Shown here one piece after another: positions 1 through 13,399 of a stretch of 64,000 nt of DNA. Origin of the DNA: Haliotis rubra. Taxonomy: Eukaryota. Each line of letters opens with the position of its first letter. Position 1 is the first letter of the stretch. Both the position numbers and the translations under genes were made by a program. Where the stretch lies: the NCBI RefSeq assembly GCF_003918875.1, contig NW_025765033.1:1-64000 (forward strand), written 5' to 3'. The notes under the pieces are model-generated. The model worked only from the letters and a program-made list of their open reading frames with translations. It did no database searches and was not told the DNA's origin.

Positions 1-545
1 ATGGTGTGTGCCAATACACAACCTGTGTATCAACCATCAAGGCCTTCCCACCCATGTGCCAGCTCCTACCTGCAGAGGGATGGCAATGGACTTCACCCAT
101 AATGACGGTCACTTAGAGATTGACACCTGAACAAGGAAACGCTTGATAGAGAAAGCACTTTCGCAAACTAACATATATGGTGAAAGTTTTACAACAGTTC
201 GATTGTTTTCCCTTGTAGATGTCGGCATGAAGAGAAATAAATAACCAATTTTTTTGATAAAAATATAATCTTTTTAATAAATTTAACAATGGAAAATACA
301 CTAAAGTACACATACAAGATCTTATGTTATGAATGTACACTGGTATTTTGATAAGGACTTGTTGTATTTGTATCGAAATAGGAACATTACAAAGCATCAT
401 TAAATTGGTTCATTTTTTCAAATTTCTGGGTTATCCAAAGGCACAAACTTCAACTTCATATGTACATCAAATGGATGTAAATTTCATAACCAATTTCATC
501 CAATGCTAATACAAATAACAAGTTCACCATAGAAAACAATCTTTG
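1..545 (+). repeat. Indel-rich duplicate of the Harbinger transposase last exon and 3' flank (homologous to ~6999-7610)
   Basis: Direct similarity read by eye: atggtgtgtgcc...acacaacctgtgtatcaaccatc, ...gatgtcggcatgaagagaaataaataacc, ...atttcataaccaatttcatccaa and acaagttcaccata all recur at 6999-7610. Confidence 0.85.
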
Positions 546-750
546 ATGCAATTCAATACGAGAGACGTCTTCCTACATCGGCTAGTGGATTACAGAAGGA
601 TCACTAGGTGAATATTGTGTTATTTCCGCTGTGTGATCTTTGACATTTTACGGACACTTCTCTTATCCAGGTCTATGGGCGGGCACTGAGTACTCTTTAG
701 TACTCAGTGGACCTTTAGATAGTGTCACCCCCACTTGCTCTTTCATCACA

Positions 751-1946
751 ATGGCCTTGGCTGCGGCGCCAGTTTTGACACCCGTTCATCGGATGTACAG
801 AGACGAGTCAAGTTATGCATGCACCATCAAGGCGGAGTGCAAGGTGAGACCATTCACGAGAGAACTGTTGTTTGATGCTATTGTTGCTACATTTCAAAAT
901 ATTTCTGGAAAGGATGTTATTTCCATCTGGAATACCAATCAAGGGGGAACATTTTATGTTACCTTTAAGGACAAAAGGAGGGCAAAACTTTTGATTGAGG
1001 CCGGGAGAATCTATTACAAGGGAATAGACATCCTTATTACCTCGTATGAAAAAAAGATTCATGAAATAAAAATCCACTGGTTGCATGATGATGTAAAAGA
1101 ATCCTTCATTAGAAACTTTTTGAAAGGATATGGTGAGATATTGGATATCACCAGAGACACTGTGACACTTTCTGGAAAGGCAACGGTTAGGACTGGAGTG
1201 AGAACTGTTCGCATGGTCCTGAATCAAGGTGTGATTGATGATGTTCCTCACATAGTGAGATTAGGAGATGGAATGACCATGTTGCTTGCCATTTTGGGAA
1301 GATCTCCCATGTGTCTTCGATGTGGCTTTAAAGGTCACATGAGGAACAATTGTCAGGCACAGCCATACGAGTTCTTTAACCGTGTAATGCAGCGGAGTAT
1401 CAGAGAGGAGAAAAAGAGGAGGTCTGAAGGAGACAATGTGTCAGAGGAGGTGAGTGAGAATGGTGGAGAAGGTGTAGGTGAAGGTGATGACTCAGAGAAT
1501 ATTTGGCACAAGGAAAATGAACCAGTATGTAATGATGACATGTGCAAGCAGGTAGATGAGGAAATGGAGAAGGTAGATGAGGAAAGGAGAAGGAGAAAGA
1601 AGGTGAGAATGTGAACGTGGCTGAATCAAAGCCCAGTACCTCTTCTACAGTGGATGTCATTGCAGCAGTAGCTGCAAGTCTTTCTGATTCTGATTCGCAG
1701 TGCCTTAAAGAAATTCATAACCTTATGGATACGAGTGACGATGCTTTTACTGTGCCTACAGAGACAGCTAAGAGAAAGAGTAGGTCCAAAAGTAGGGGAA
1801 AAGGTAGGGGAAAGACGAGGCGAGAGTTGAGTAACAGTCCATGTACTCCAAGGCAGGCCAGAGACAGTAGGTCCACTGTTAAATCTTACTCGGATGTGGT
1901 GTGTGACACAGGAGGGTCAGAGTTGAGAGTGATCCTGTCTTCTTGA
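751..1946 (+). CDS. LINE ORF1p, nucleic-acid-binding protein with CCHC zinc knuckle; probable frameshift near 1610
   Basis: CLRCGFKGHMRNNC knuckle preceded by a Tx1-like YGEILDI...RTGVRTV segment. The low-complexity acidic/basic tail seems to continue in ORF 1611-1946. Confidence 0.8.
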
Positions 1947-2082
1947 TAATAACCTAAGCAATGCCCATCGACTATGAGACAGAAGAATGGATGTAACACA
2001 GACTCAGAAAACATATCCTCAAAAGAGGAGGTATATTACATTATTTCTGTTATGTACAATTGTTTCATGCATATCATATAAA

Positions 2083-5000
2083 ATGTATAATGTAACAAAA
2101 ATCAACTGTAATGGTTTGCTGGATGATTCGTCAAAAATTAATATTTTATCACAGAAATTTAATTCCAGCATTGATGTACTATTTCTACAAGAGACCCATG
2201 TATATAATTTAAAATTAGCAAAGTTTTATGAATCAAAATTTAATGGGAAGGGATTCTGGGCTTTTGGATCTAATTTTAGCAGAGGGGTGGGAATAATAGT
2301 AAATAATTGTGTTAATTATGCTGTTGATCAGTTTCGTTTAGACGTTGATGGTCGATATATCATATTGGATTTAACAATACAAGGGAAGAAGATACGTTTT
2401 TTCAACGTTTATGCACCAAATATTCCAGCTGATAGAGTGGCGTTTTACAATTCATTAAGTAAATATTTAGTTACCAATAGAATTTTAGTAATAGGGGGAG
2501 ATTTTAACTGTGTCCTTAATGTTAAATTAGATAAAATTGGTGGAAATAAAAAAACTGATCAAGCAGGAAGTAGTATTATTAAAAAATGGGTCTCTGATTT
2601 TTCTATATCTGACACATTTCGTTCTTCTTTTCCAGACTTGGTGGCGGTATCTTGGCGAAATTCTACTGGTGTTGGTTCCCGACTTGATAGATTCTATGTA
2701 ACATCTTCCCTCCTGTCCGCTGTCGAATCTACGAGAATCTCCCCATGCTCATTCTCAGACCATGAATATGTGACGGTAAGAATTAAAGATATTGAAGGCA
2801 TAGATTTTGGTAACTCTTATTGGAAATGTAATAATAATATTTTCGATGAATCTTTTTAAAATTTTGTTTGGTGGATTTTGTAAAGACACATATACCTACT
2901 TTGGATAAAATTGATTTCATATGGTGGGACAATTTTAAAATCAAAATTCAAAAATTTCTAAATTTGATACAAATTACAAGAAAATCTGACCGTCTGTCCC
3001 TCCGTAAAAATTTGGAAGCAAAGTATCGTAATCTATGTCACGCAGAATCTTGTCATCCTGGACTTTATATTGATCAAATCCGTGAAACAAAAAACAGCTC
3101 AATGATTTGGAAATATTGGAATTTAATGGACATATTATTCGATCAAAAGCTAAAAACATTGAAAATAGTGAAAAGCCTTCTAGTTTACTTTTGCGCAAGG
3201 AAGCCAAGAGAGGTAAAAATAAATCGATTTCTTCAATATTAGACCCTTCTGGCGTTTCAGTAAAATCCTCTCAAGATATCATGGGTGTTTTGTTGATTAC
3301 TATTCTGAACTTTGGCTGAAGAACCCATTGATGATAAAATTTGTAATGAATTTCTTACTGGTCTTCCTCAACTCAATTCGGCTAATTCGGATCTACTAGA
3401 AGGTGAAATAACAAAAGATGAAATTATAAAACCCTTAAGGATATGGAGAATGATAAATCTCCAGGTCCAGATGGCCTTACCAAGGAGTTCTATTTGTTTA
3501 ATTTTGACTTACTTGGTGATGTCTTACTACGTATTGTCCAATTGTGTTTTTCTGAGGGTTCTTTACCCGAATCTTCTAAAACTTCCTATATTACTCTGCT
3601 GTGTAAGGATGTTAACAATTCAGAAAATGTTAAAAATTGGCGTCCGATTTCATTATTAAATGTGGATGCAAAATTGATATCAAAAACGTTATGCACACGT
3701 TTGGGACAAGTTATTGGTGATATAGTTCATCTTGATCAGTCTTGCGCTATACCAGGTCGGTCTATTCAGGATAATTGTCATTTAATACGCAATGTGCATG
3801 ATTATGTGGAACAGAAAAATATTCCATGTGCTTTAATCAGTTTAGATCAAGAAAAGGCATTTGATAGGGTCTCCCACGAGTATTTATTTAAAGTACTGGA
3901 CGCTTTTGGCTTTGGTCCAAATTTCAAAAAGTGGGTCAAAATATTATATACTGACATTTCCAGCTGTGTAATTGTAAATCAGCACATTTCTCGGCCAATT
4001 CCGGTAACGAGGTCAGTCAGGCAAGGATGTGGTTTGTCGCCAGCCTTGTATGTTTTATCGCTGGAACCTCTTTTACAAAACATTCGTAAAAATCAAATTA
4101 TTAAAGGTGTACACCTTCCAGGTACTAATGATTCAGCAAAAATATCTGCATATGCTGATGATGGTCTTGGGTTTTGTACTTCAGATGCTTCAATTCAGAA
4201 ACTTTTAGAACTTTACAGTATTTATGGGAAAGCATCTGGGTCAAAATTGAATAAGTCCAAAACTAAAGGAATTTTTATTGGGAAATGGAAAAACAGGTCC
4301 GACCATCCTTTTGGCATTTCATGGATTGACCAGACAAAAATTGTAGGAATTATTACAGGCAATGAGGTCAGTGAAGATGATCAATTTCATTCTTTACTTA
4401 CAAAATTTCGTACAGGTTTAAATTTCAGTAAAGGACGCTCCTTATCTATATTTGGTAAAACTGTACTGTGCAATGTTTTGGGGTTATCCAAACTGTGGTA
4501 CCGTGGAGCAGTAACACCAGTTTCAAATCATTATGTAGATCTCTTTCAGAGGGAGACATTTCGATTTATTTGGCAGTCCAAAGCTGAACCCATTAGGCGC
4601 TCCGTTTTGTATCAACATATTTTGGAAGGGGGCTTGGTGTTATTCACATCAAATCAAAATTGCAATCATTTCAACTTCAAAACATGTCCAAAACCTATTG
4701 AAAGGTAGTTCAGCAAAATGGACGTTTTTGCAAAATATTGGATAGGGTTATCTTTACGTCAGTACTGTCCTTCTTTTCTATCTCTCCGTATCCCTCACTC
4801 TGAGACGATGCCATTATATTATAAACAATGTATTCAGGCCGTTAAATTATTTGAAAAAACCGTTTTGACTCCTAAAGATGCCATTTTGGACTATACTTCT
4901 AAAGCATTTTATGAGTGTTTGCTTCAAAAAGTAACTGAAAACAGAGTGGAACGTTTATATCCACAAATCAACTTTAGACTTGTTTGGAAAAATTTACATC

Positions 5001-5540
5001 TTTCATTTGTGGATCCTTTACTAAAATCTGTTAATTACCGTCTCATCTATGATTCTTTACCTTTAGGCTATAGGCTCTACACTAGAGGTATGTCTGTTTC
5101 TCCTGACTGTGTTCTTTGTCGGTCTGCAGTTGAAACTTCAGACCATCTTTTTATTCACTGTCCCTGTTCTATTGTCCTGTGGAATATCGTTTTTCCATGG
5201 TTGCGGTACTTATCATCAGGATTAATTAAAAATGTCACGAAATTATTAAATTTGGGGTTATTCCAAAAAATCCAAATCATCAAAAATATTCTGTTTGTGT
5301 ATATTTATTATCCTTGGTGAAATATTCTATTTGGACTATTAGAAATTTAAACAAATTTGAACGCAAACAGTTAAATGGAAACGATATTGTCTTGCGTTTT
5401 ATGTCTCTTCTTCAAACACGTATTCGGGTCGATTTCTTTAGACTATCAAAGTCTTCTTTTCCCAATATTGGCTTTCTTCTCCTTTTTCTGTTTCATCAAT
5501 GCAAATAACCAGTTATGTTTTTCTTTAAGTGCTAAACTGT
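2083..5540 (+). pseudogene. LINE ORF2p (AP endonuclease, reverse transcriptase, C-terminal zinc finger), split by several frameshifts
   Basis: Endonuclease motifs NCNGL, LQETH, YAPN, GGDFN, SRLDRFY, FSDH. RT motifs SPGPDG, NWRPISLLN, DQEKAFD, VRQGCGLSP, YADD. C-terminal CVLC...ETSDHLFIHC. Confidence 0.92.
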
Positions 5541-6464
5541 AAATTATAATTTATTTTATCATATCCAGCTTGCTTATTACATGTATTGTATATAGTTGCA
5601 TACATATAATGTTGTAATAATAATACATATTATTGAATTGTCTATAATTGTTGTTAATATTAATAACAACTTTGTACATATACAGCAGTATTATATAAAT
5701 TGTACATTTTATAATATGTAAAGTTTGTACATAGCATCACTGTTTAACATATTTAGATATATATGACAATTCTAACGGATTATCTCTTGCAATATGCCTT
5801 CATTGTTAACTATTATAATAATACCACTATTGTAATATATGTATTTCTTTCCATGATGTTCATTTTGGCAAATAGGCCGTCATTTTGTCTTCTGTGCCTA
5901 TTATAAATGTAATGCATGTAAGATTATGCTATAAAGTTACAAATGTAATGCTGCATTAATTAGTTCTGCTTTATGTCCCTGTTTCGCATGTTTTCAACTG
6001 TTATATGACTGTATAAATTGATAAATGCATGGTATAAATATTGATATCTACTTTATTTCTTATAATTAGATTAATAATAACTGGGAAAAATGTCCATATT
6101 AGAATATTAGGTCCCGATTTATGGCCCACTTCCCTCTTTCCTCTGTAGTTCTTTTATTGTTAAAATTGTCATCCCAAAACTCTGTGATAACTTTTATTTT
6201 AAGGGATGATAATAATGAGCACTGTCTGCAAATGTAAGTACCTGTATTAATAAATATTTTATTCAAACGAAAAAAAATTTGATTATCATTTTGGAATAAC
6301 ATAGCTTAAAATGAGTGAAGTTTCATAAATAAAATATATGTACTTGATAATTCCATTTACTAAGAGTAAGAATACATCCAGTTTAAATTTGTGTTGTATT
6401 TACTAACATTGTCTTCATATTTCTCTTATAAATCATTTGCATGTATATCTACAAAATCCTTCAG

Positions 6465-7153
6465 ATATGCCTGCAGACCATGGATGGTCACCCCCCTGAG
6501 CCACCCCCAGACACAGGGAGAGGAGAGATTTAAACAAGGAACACAGTGGAAAGAGCTTTTGGCCTAATGAAGTCTCGGTTTCGGTTAGTTCGATTATCAT
6601 AATGAAAATAATATTTCAGAATAAGAAAAATAAATAATTAAAAATATATAATCTCACGGTGTTAAACACAAAGATTAAAAGTTCATTTATATCAAAACTG
6701 AAGGCATGAATCTGTCATTTACTTACAAAGAATTAAACCATTTTGCAAAATGAAGTTTAAGATAAAGTATGAAAATACTGGAAAAATTATCCATATATTT
6801 ATTGTCTGATAGAGTAAGGAGACTATCTTTTTACAGATATAGCGCCAAAACCTATAAAGGGAACTTTCAATCACTGAGGTATCGATAAATTGATATAGCT
6901 TTAACATGAATGTAGTAGGTTCTCTTTAATTATTAGATGCCTACACAAGTCAACGGGCTGCCTGCCTTTCAAACCAGACAAGTGTCATCAGCTCGTGTAT
7001 GGTGTGTGCCAGCTACACAACCTGTGTATCAACCATCGCCTTCCACCCATGCCAGCCCTACCTGCAGAGGATGGCAATGACCAGCCATATGACGGTCCAC
7101 TTAGAGATGGACACCAGACAAGGAAACGCTTGATAGAAAGCACTTTCAACTAA
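6465..7153 (+). pseudogene. PIF/Harbinger DDE transposase, last two exons (6465-6583, 6937-7153)
   Basis: Manual spliced translation: YACRPWMVTPLSHPQTQGEERF..TRNTVERAFGLMKSRFR|CLHKSTGCLPFKPDKCHQLVYGVCQLHNLCI...RKRLIESTFN*, matching the HARBI1-like pattern. GT-AG intron; a short frameshifting deletion near 6532. Confidence 0.88.
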
Positions 7154-8585
7154 CATATATGGTAAGTTTTTACAACAGTTCATTTGTTTTCCTTGTAGAT
7201 GTCGGCATGAAGAGAAATAAATAACCAATTTTTTGATAAAAATATAATCTTTTAATAAATTTAACAATGGAAAATACACTAAGTACATACATCTTATGTT
7301 ATGAATGTACACTGGTATTTTGATAAGGACTTGTTGTATTTGTAAATAGGAACATTGCAAAGCATCATTAAATTGGTTCATTTTTTCAAATTTCTGGGTT
7401 ATCCAAAGGCACAAACTTCAACTTCATATGTACATCAAATGAATGTGTAAATTTCATAACCAATTTCATCCAAACATTTTATTTAAGTAAATTTAGTATC
7501 ATTAAAATGTCAAAATATATACATTTTTCAATCTTCTTAATTAATTTCAAGGATATATTTCAGAATATGATAAGAGAATTCAATGCCATAACAAGTTCAC
7601 CATATGAATAATCAAAATACATTTGTACCTCACATACATTGCAAGTTTGTCAATTGCCAATATCATGAATTATTGGAGCAACGTAAAATTATATCTAGTA
7701 ATCAATCATAACATTATTCTGCAGATAAGGAAAATAGGACTTAGATGATAAATGTCATCAAAAGACACCACTGAACCATCTGTGGAATGTTTCAGTAAAA
7801 TATTCAGTAAAATAACAGTTGATGTTTGAGATATGCATGGCATAAACAATGGGACGGATTGAGTGAAAAACAATTTTAGGGACATGTATACCAACTCCTG
7901 TGCAAGTGGTGGTACAATAAATAGATTCATTTTCACAAAACCATTATATCAGCAGACACATGGAAGTTTTATTCAGTATTTTAGCCCATATGACCTATTA
8001 CAGTACACTTGTAGATGTTTTACACTGTACAGTATAGTTAAAATAGAAATATATATACATAAATGAACTTCTATTTGCAAAAATAATATTAGATTGATAT
8101 TTCTTGAGTTTAATAAGTTTTCCATTAGTTGATCATCTTTGTACAAAGTTGTGAACATAGGGAGGTATCTGTTTCTAAGAAAATTAAAACTTTTACAAAT
8201 GAAAAGTTCATGACACTCATCCTTGACATTGCCTTCATGACAATAATGACATAAACTATTATTGTTATCATGTACATTTCTCTTTCTAAGATTTAAGCCA
8301 TGAAATTTTGATAATGATATTTGTTATGTAACATATGTTTTATTTAGGATTACTCTTTCTTAGTGTATTAATAATATTTTCCTAAAGTTCTAGCCTGCAG
8401 TTAAGGTACATATTTTTCTGTAACAACAAATGATTTCATACAAATTATTAACAACCAATGGTACTTGATAATTTAACAGGACAACTCGAACAAGCTTGAA
8501 CTACTCACATCCCCAACATATGACAATATGGATTAAGTTCACTTCATTGTAAGAATTTCTTAATAGCAAAGTATTGTATATACAT

Positions 8586-11500
8586 TCAAGAGTCAAATGT
8601 GATGATCGGCGAGATGCACATGGGAGTTACATTCTGATCTGCCTGTTTTCTCATCAGCCGCAATTCATTGAGTATTTCTTTTTCAACTTGCAGGCGCTCT
8701 CTGTCGATCTGCAAGCGTTCCCGCATGATGGCCACCTTCTCCCTCTCAAGCTGCACCACTTCAGCTGCCTGGGCTGCACTATCTTCTAAAAAACAAACAA
8801 CAATCATGTCATATCCACAATAAATTTCAACAATTTCAGATACAAACATTGTTTTGTTTTTCTTTTTGTATTTTTTACTATAAAGGAACTTACTTGCAAT
8901 ACTCATTGATTGCATTGTACCTTGTGTAAAGTTGAACTGGTATATCACATTGTTAACATATGAGACAATTTCATCTTTGAAAAAACTTATCATACAATCA
9001 TTACGAAATATTACTCATTGACATTACAAAGGTTAATAATTACCATGTGTATGAACTTTTGTCTTTTGTTTCTTACTCCCAGGTCTTGAAACTACAAAGA
9101 AAATTCACAATATAATTGTTTCAAGGATATATTGCAGAATTTGAATGTAATAACATTAAATTGTTTTTTTGACTGCATCAAATTATAAATGCAGTACGTA
9201 TACATAATTCTTCCATTACTATAAGAAAATAGTATTGAACTGGAACTTGGAAATCTGGAAGTTAAATCTTGGAATTTATTAAAATGTTAAGTATTTATAG
9301 ACTGATAAACATTGTATTTGTCAAGAATGGACATATTTTCTATTTATTTTCATTGTAATATCACTGATCTCTCATTGAGTGACGTAGTAAGTGATATCAC
9401 ACTGAAAACACCAAATATCATCATATATTAGTCTGAGGTATATTGTCTAATTTTGCACACCAAATCTAAACGAGATAAATCTATAATTATCATGATTTGC
9501 TTTGATGTGATATTATTACCTATGACTGGTGACAATTGGAACGATGCTGGTGGATCATGCGGTGTTGGTGGTGCTGCTTGTCGAGGTAGAGTGCAGGACA
9601 GGAGGATAGGTGATGTCCGGGCAGAGTGGACATTCAAATTGTTGCTGCTAGTTGAAGTCGAGGGAACAGCTGCATCACACAACACACTACCCAATCCTGA
9701 GAAGGCTGGAAATTAATGTTTTATATGTCAGAATACCTTTGCAAGTATATTCTTTAACAAAATATATAAATTTATTTGGAATATTAAAAAAGTACACATG
9801 ACACTTAGACAAAGAGGTAAGTTCCTGGTTTGCAAATATTTTAGGGGACAACTTATCATTATGCAATTTATGCTATAGGCCCCCCATACTGTCACTTATA
9901 CAAAACATTAATTTCACACATTACTTGGTGATCACTTGTATATCATAAGTGTTTTATGATAACGGATGAATACCTGACAAGTCTTCACTATCCAACCCCT
10001 GTGCAACCATTGATTTGTACTGATGGAATGAGGGACACCACCTGTAAAAATTAAATGAACTTTTCAGTAATTAAACAAAAGCATAAATTTGATTATACAT
10101 AGACACATTGTTACAGGTGTGACAATGCAAAATTTAACTTGAGACATGTGCAGGTATACAGTACAAAAAGTGACTGTACCATGATACTGAAAATATCATT
10201 GATTTATACATTCTCATATCAACAACATCCAGTAATAAACAAGTTTTAAATTCATAATTTTATAATTTCATTACTTAAGTTTCCTCATACAAATATAGAT
10301 TTATGCAATATACCTTATACTCAAAGTCACTCAGTGGAGATGGTGATGGCCCTCCGCCTGTCTGGAATATAGCCTTCTTTAGGCTAGTGGCTTTCCTCCT
10401 TGAGTCACTCCTGTTACAGATTAAAGTACATTATATCAAATTATTTCCATCTTTAAGATCATTTAGATTCAAATAACACTGACCTTGATAAATTCATTTC
10501 TTTGAAGAAAATTATCAGCCTGAAACTGAATTATTGTAAAAGTAAATATGTACATTTTCAATTTTAGTAGATTTTAAGGTTCTCACAAAGATGTTATTTT
10601 AATAAATAAAATTATCCTTTTGGAAGTTAGTTCTTTGTTTCAGCTTGTTTGTCAAAGTTAAAGCCCCAGTATTGAAGGCATCCTTATAATATTGTCCATT
10701 GTATTATGTATTTTCGTTCAAAGAAATTGGAGATTAGCAACAGTATACATTTTCTTAAACCACTCACTACACTTGATGTAAAAAACAATGTTTCCAATTT
10801 TTCCCATCACCCCATTGGCGGCCATCTTGGATTTCAAAATGGCCGCCACATTCAATAATGTGCCACCCTTTTTTTTCACTTTTAAGTACAATTCTGGTTC
10901 TATTTTCAGTATATATTTGAAGCTTTTATGCTGTTAAGGATTACTTGTATGCACCCCAGTATCAAAGACACTGTTAATGTGTATACATGAAGGGGAAATG
11001 TGTTATTATATACAAAATCTTACTTTAGAGTGGTCCATTTTTTTTCACATCCTCTGATGAGCGGATAGAGGACCCGCAAGCACTGACTCTGAGAAAAAAA
11101 TACAATAGGATTTCAACATTCAATGTGTACTTCACTGCAGACATTCTAATCTTTTCTTATCAGTTATGAAAACTTTAGTAGCATGTAATATACTGTTAAA
11201 CAGTATAATTTATTATCAAAAGAATAGATTGAATAAAATCATATCAGTACTCAGAGCTCATGATAAAATATCTAATGTCTTTCTGAAATTCACTCATCAA
11301 AATATTGTGATCAATAACATTAGCCATTTCTGTGGGATTGCTAAAAATATAATCAGATAAAGTTATTTTGGATTATTTTTCGAGAGGAGAAATTGCAATA
11401 TGTACATGCCTGTGAAAACAATAATTTTGACTAAAATGACCAACAGAGCCAATGAGTCCTACTTTGACATTGCATTGTTTACATTTACGAGCTGATCGCG

Positions 11501-11709
11501 ATCAATAAATTGAATAATTAGATTCACCTGTTTGATATGTACTTCCAAATCTGTTGCTTCTTGCTGTTGGTCACAAGTGATGAAAATGAGCTAAATAAAT
11601 TAGACTTATGGTTCTCCACCTCATCAACTAAACAATACATCTCGTTCCGAGTCCAGTTGACTTTTCTCGCTTTCTTTTCTGCGGTCGCCATCTCGCTTGA
11701 GCTTGACAT
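8586..11709 (-). CDS. Harbinger accessory Myb/SANT-like DNA-binding protein; exons ~11528-11709, 11024-11088, 10314-10410, 9974-10041, 9521-9706, 9046-9091, 8586-8786
   Basis: RKVNWTRNEMYCLVDEV...TNSKKQQIW|VSACGSSIRSSEDVKKKWTTLK|SDSRRK...QTGGGP, plus a C-terminal coiled coil (LEREKVAIMRERLQIDRERL). GT-AG boundaries; two 1-nt homopolymer frameshifts. The middle exons are less certain. Confidence 0.85.
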
Positions 11710-12404
11710 TTTCACGTCTGCTCGGGGATTTCCCAAAAAGCTGTGACGTCATATGGGAAATCCCTTCGCTTTTCTATCTCACCGACTGAAGAGCTCGCTA
11801 TCCAAGTTAGGACAGGGATAGGATCGTTTCGAGAATGGGTCTTATCTTAAAGTTAGGATGTCCTAACTTCTGTCCTAACTAGTTAGGATCTGTCTTAGCT
11901 GGGACACTTTCGAGAATAGGATACTATATCTCATAGCGTGTGTGACCGGGGCTATGTACTCAGACATTCCCTGATACTGTTTCGTTAAAAACCTCCTTTC
12001 AACCTCACCCATTAACCCTCCTTTCTCCCACCCTCCCCACTCACCGATGTAGCGTCCCCTGGCTTCGTCCCCGAGCCCCTCTCCCGACCCCCTGAGTGTT
12101 TTCACCCCGTTCTGGGCTTCTTTTGTCCTTGTCGAAGTCGTCTCATGCATACCCGCGACGTGATATGTTACTTACTCTGTTATGGTGTGCTGAAAGTCTG
12201 TCCCCGGGTACCCTCTCCCATTTACACATTAACATTTCTTTCTAACAATCTATCAGCATGCTTGTCGTTGGATAGTATATCTCACAGCGTGTGTGACCAG
12301 GGGCTATGCACTCAGACATTCTCTAACACTGTTTCGTTAAAAACCTCCTATCAACCTCACCCATTAACCCTCCTTTCTCCCACCCTCCCCACTCACCGAT
12401 GTAG

Positions 12405-12629
12405 CGTCCCCTGGCTTCGTCCCCGAGCCCCTCTTCCGAGCCCCTGAGTGTTTTCACCCCGTTCTGGGCCCGCCCTGACCACGGCGAGACGCTCCCTGCC
12501 CCAGTCACCATCACCTATGTCGACTATTACCCTGTCCCAAGTGACGACGACAGTGACTACTGGGTCTATGAGGATGAGGACGACGACAGCTGGAGAGTGG
12601 CTGCCTTCTTTAGGAGAGTATTCTCGTAG
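12405..12629 (+). pseudogene. Isolated exon 3 of the orphan gene, with an in-frame 36-bp deletion; exons 1-2 absent
   Basis: 225 nt versus 261 nt in the intact copy; reads ...EDEDDDSWRVAAFFRRVFS*. Confidence 0.55.
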
Positions 12630-13256
12630 ATTCCTCATCCAGAGTGTGCATGTGTGCGCGCGCGCGCGCGTGTGTGCATAGGTGTAAACGTGTATGTGTG
12701 ATTCGATGTATTTGTGCAAGAGTGCATGTTGTGTGATTGGGTGTGCATGTGAGTGTATGCGATTTGCATGTGCATTTGAATGCAGATGAGAGAGATAGTG
12801 TTTTTCATGTGACAGAGCGTGTTATAGATGTGTGATTGGGTGTATGTGTGAGAGGATGTGTGTGAGAGAGAGAGAGAGGGGGGTTAGAGAGAATATGTTT
12901 TCATGGGCCATTTAGTGTGATTGTGAATGCGTGATGATGAGTTTTGCATGTATGTTCGTGTGTAAGTGTTTTGTGTGAGATGATGTGTTTTGGTGCTCGT
13001 CTGGTATACCATTTCCCATTTTTGGTCTCTTTTGGCTACACCCTTTTGGCTTATTTCAGGACACACCCTTTCGATCAAGTATATTTTGGCTTACCTTTTG
13101 ACTGACATTTCTAAGTTTATTTCTCTTCTAATAAGAGAATTGATCTTCCCTCAGCACTTGCCATTCTATTTCTTGATTATATGTAAATAAATATTAATGA
13201 ATGGTATACACATGAGTCTGTTTTCCTTCCTTGATTGGATCAATTCCAATTCTTAG

Positions 13257-13399
13257 CTAGGTGACAGCAACACAGCAGGAGAGGCAGCCGAAGCAAGCCT
13301 ATTTTTGAAATATCTTGGAGTTGCTATAAGAGTAAACTAATTACAAATGAAGATAATGAAGGGTCATTTGCTCTATCCCGCTGTGTTGCTGTCACCCAG
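13257..13399. mobile_element. MITE-like element inside the tandem unit (also at ~17248-17389, and split at ~21238/23339)
   Basis: ~26-bp terminal inverted repeats CT(A/G)GGTGACAGCAACACAGC(A/G)GGA(G/T)A. Confidence 0.65.

Larger units (their letters stand above)
560..6090 (+). mobile_element. Full-length non-LTR retrotransposon, L1/Tx1 clade (5' UTR, ORF1, ORF2, AT-rich 3' UTR)
   Basis: ORF1 has a CCHC knuckle and is followed by an APE-RT-zinc-finger ORF2. Both ends are approximate. Confidence 0.92.
6091..11920. mobile_element. PIF/Harbinger DNA transposon, partial (convergent transposase and Myb genes; right subterminal region 11760-11920)
   Basis: Two-gene architecture, with clustered AGTTAGGA/TCCTAACT motifs and two TTCGAGAAT copies at the right end. 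Confidence 0.85.

Noticed and set aside
10806-10850. Inverted ggcggccatcttg/aaaatggccgcc motif in a Myb intron
   Set aside because: A common short repeat-derived motif with no definable element ends.
11051-11082. CTGATGA followed by a GCGG/CCGC stem, hammerhead-like
   Set aside because: It lacks the GAAA box and is the antisense of a Myb coding exon.
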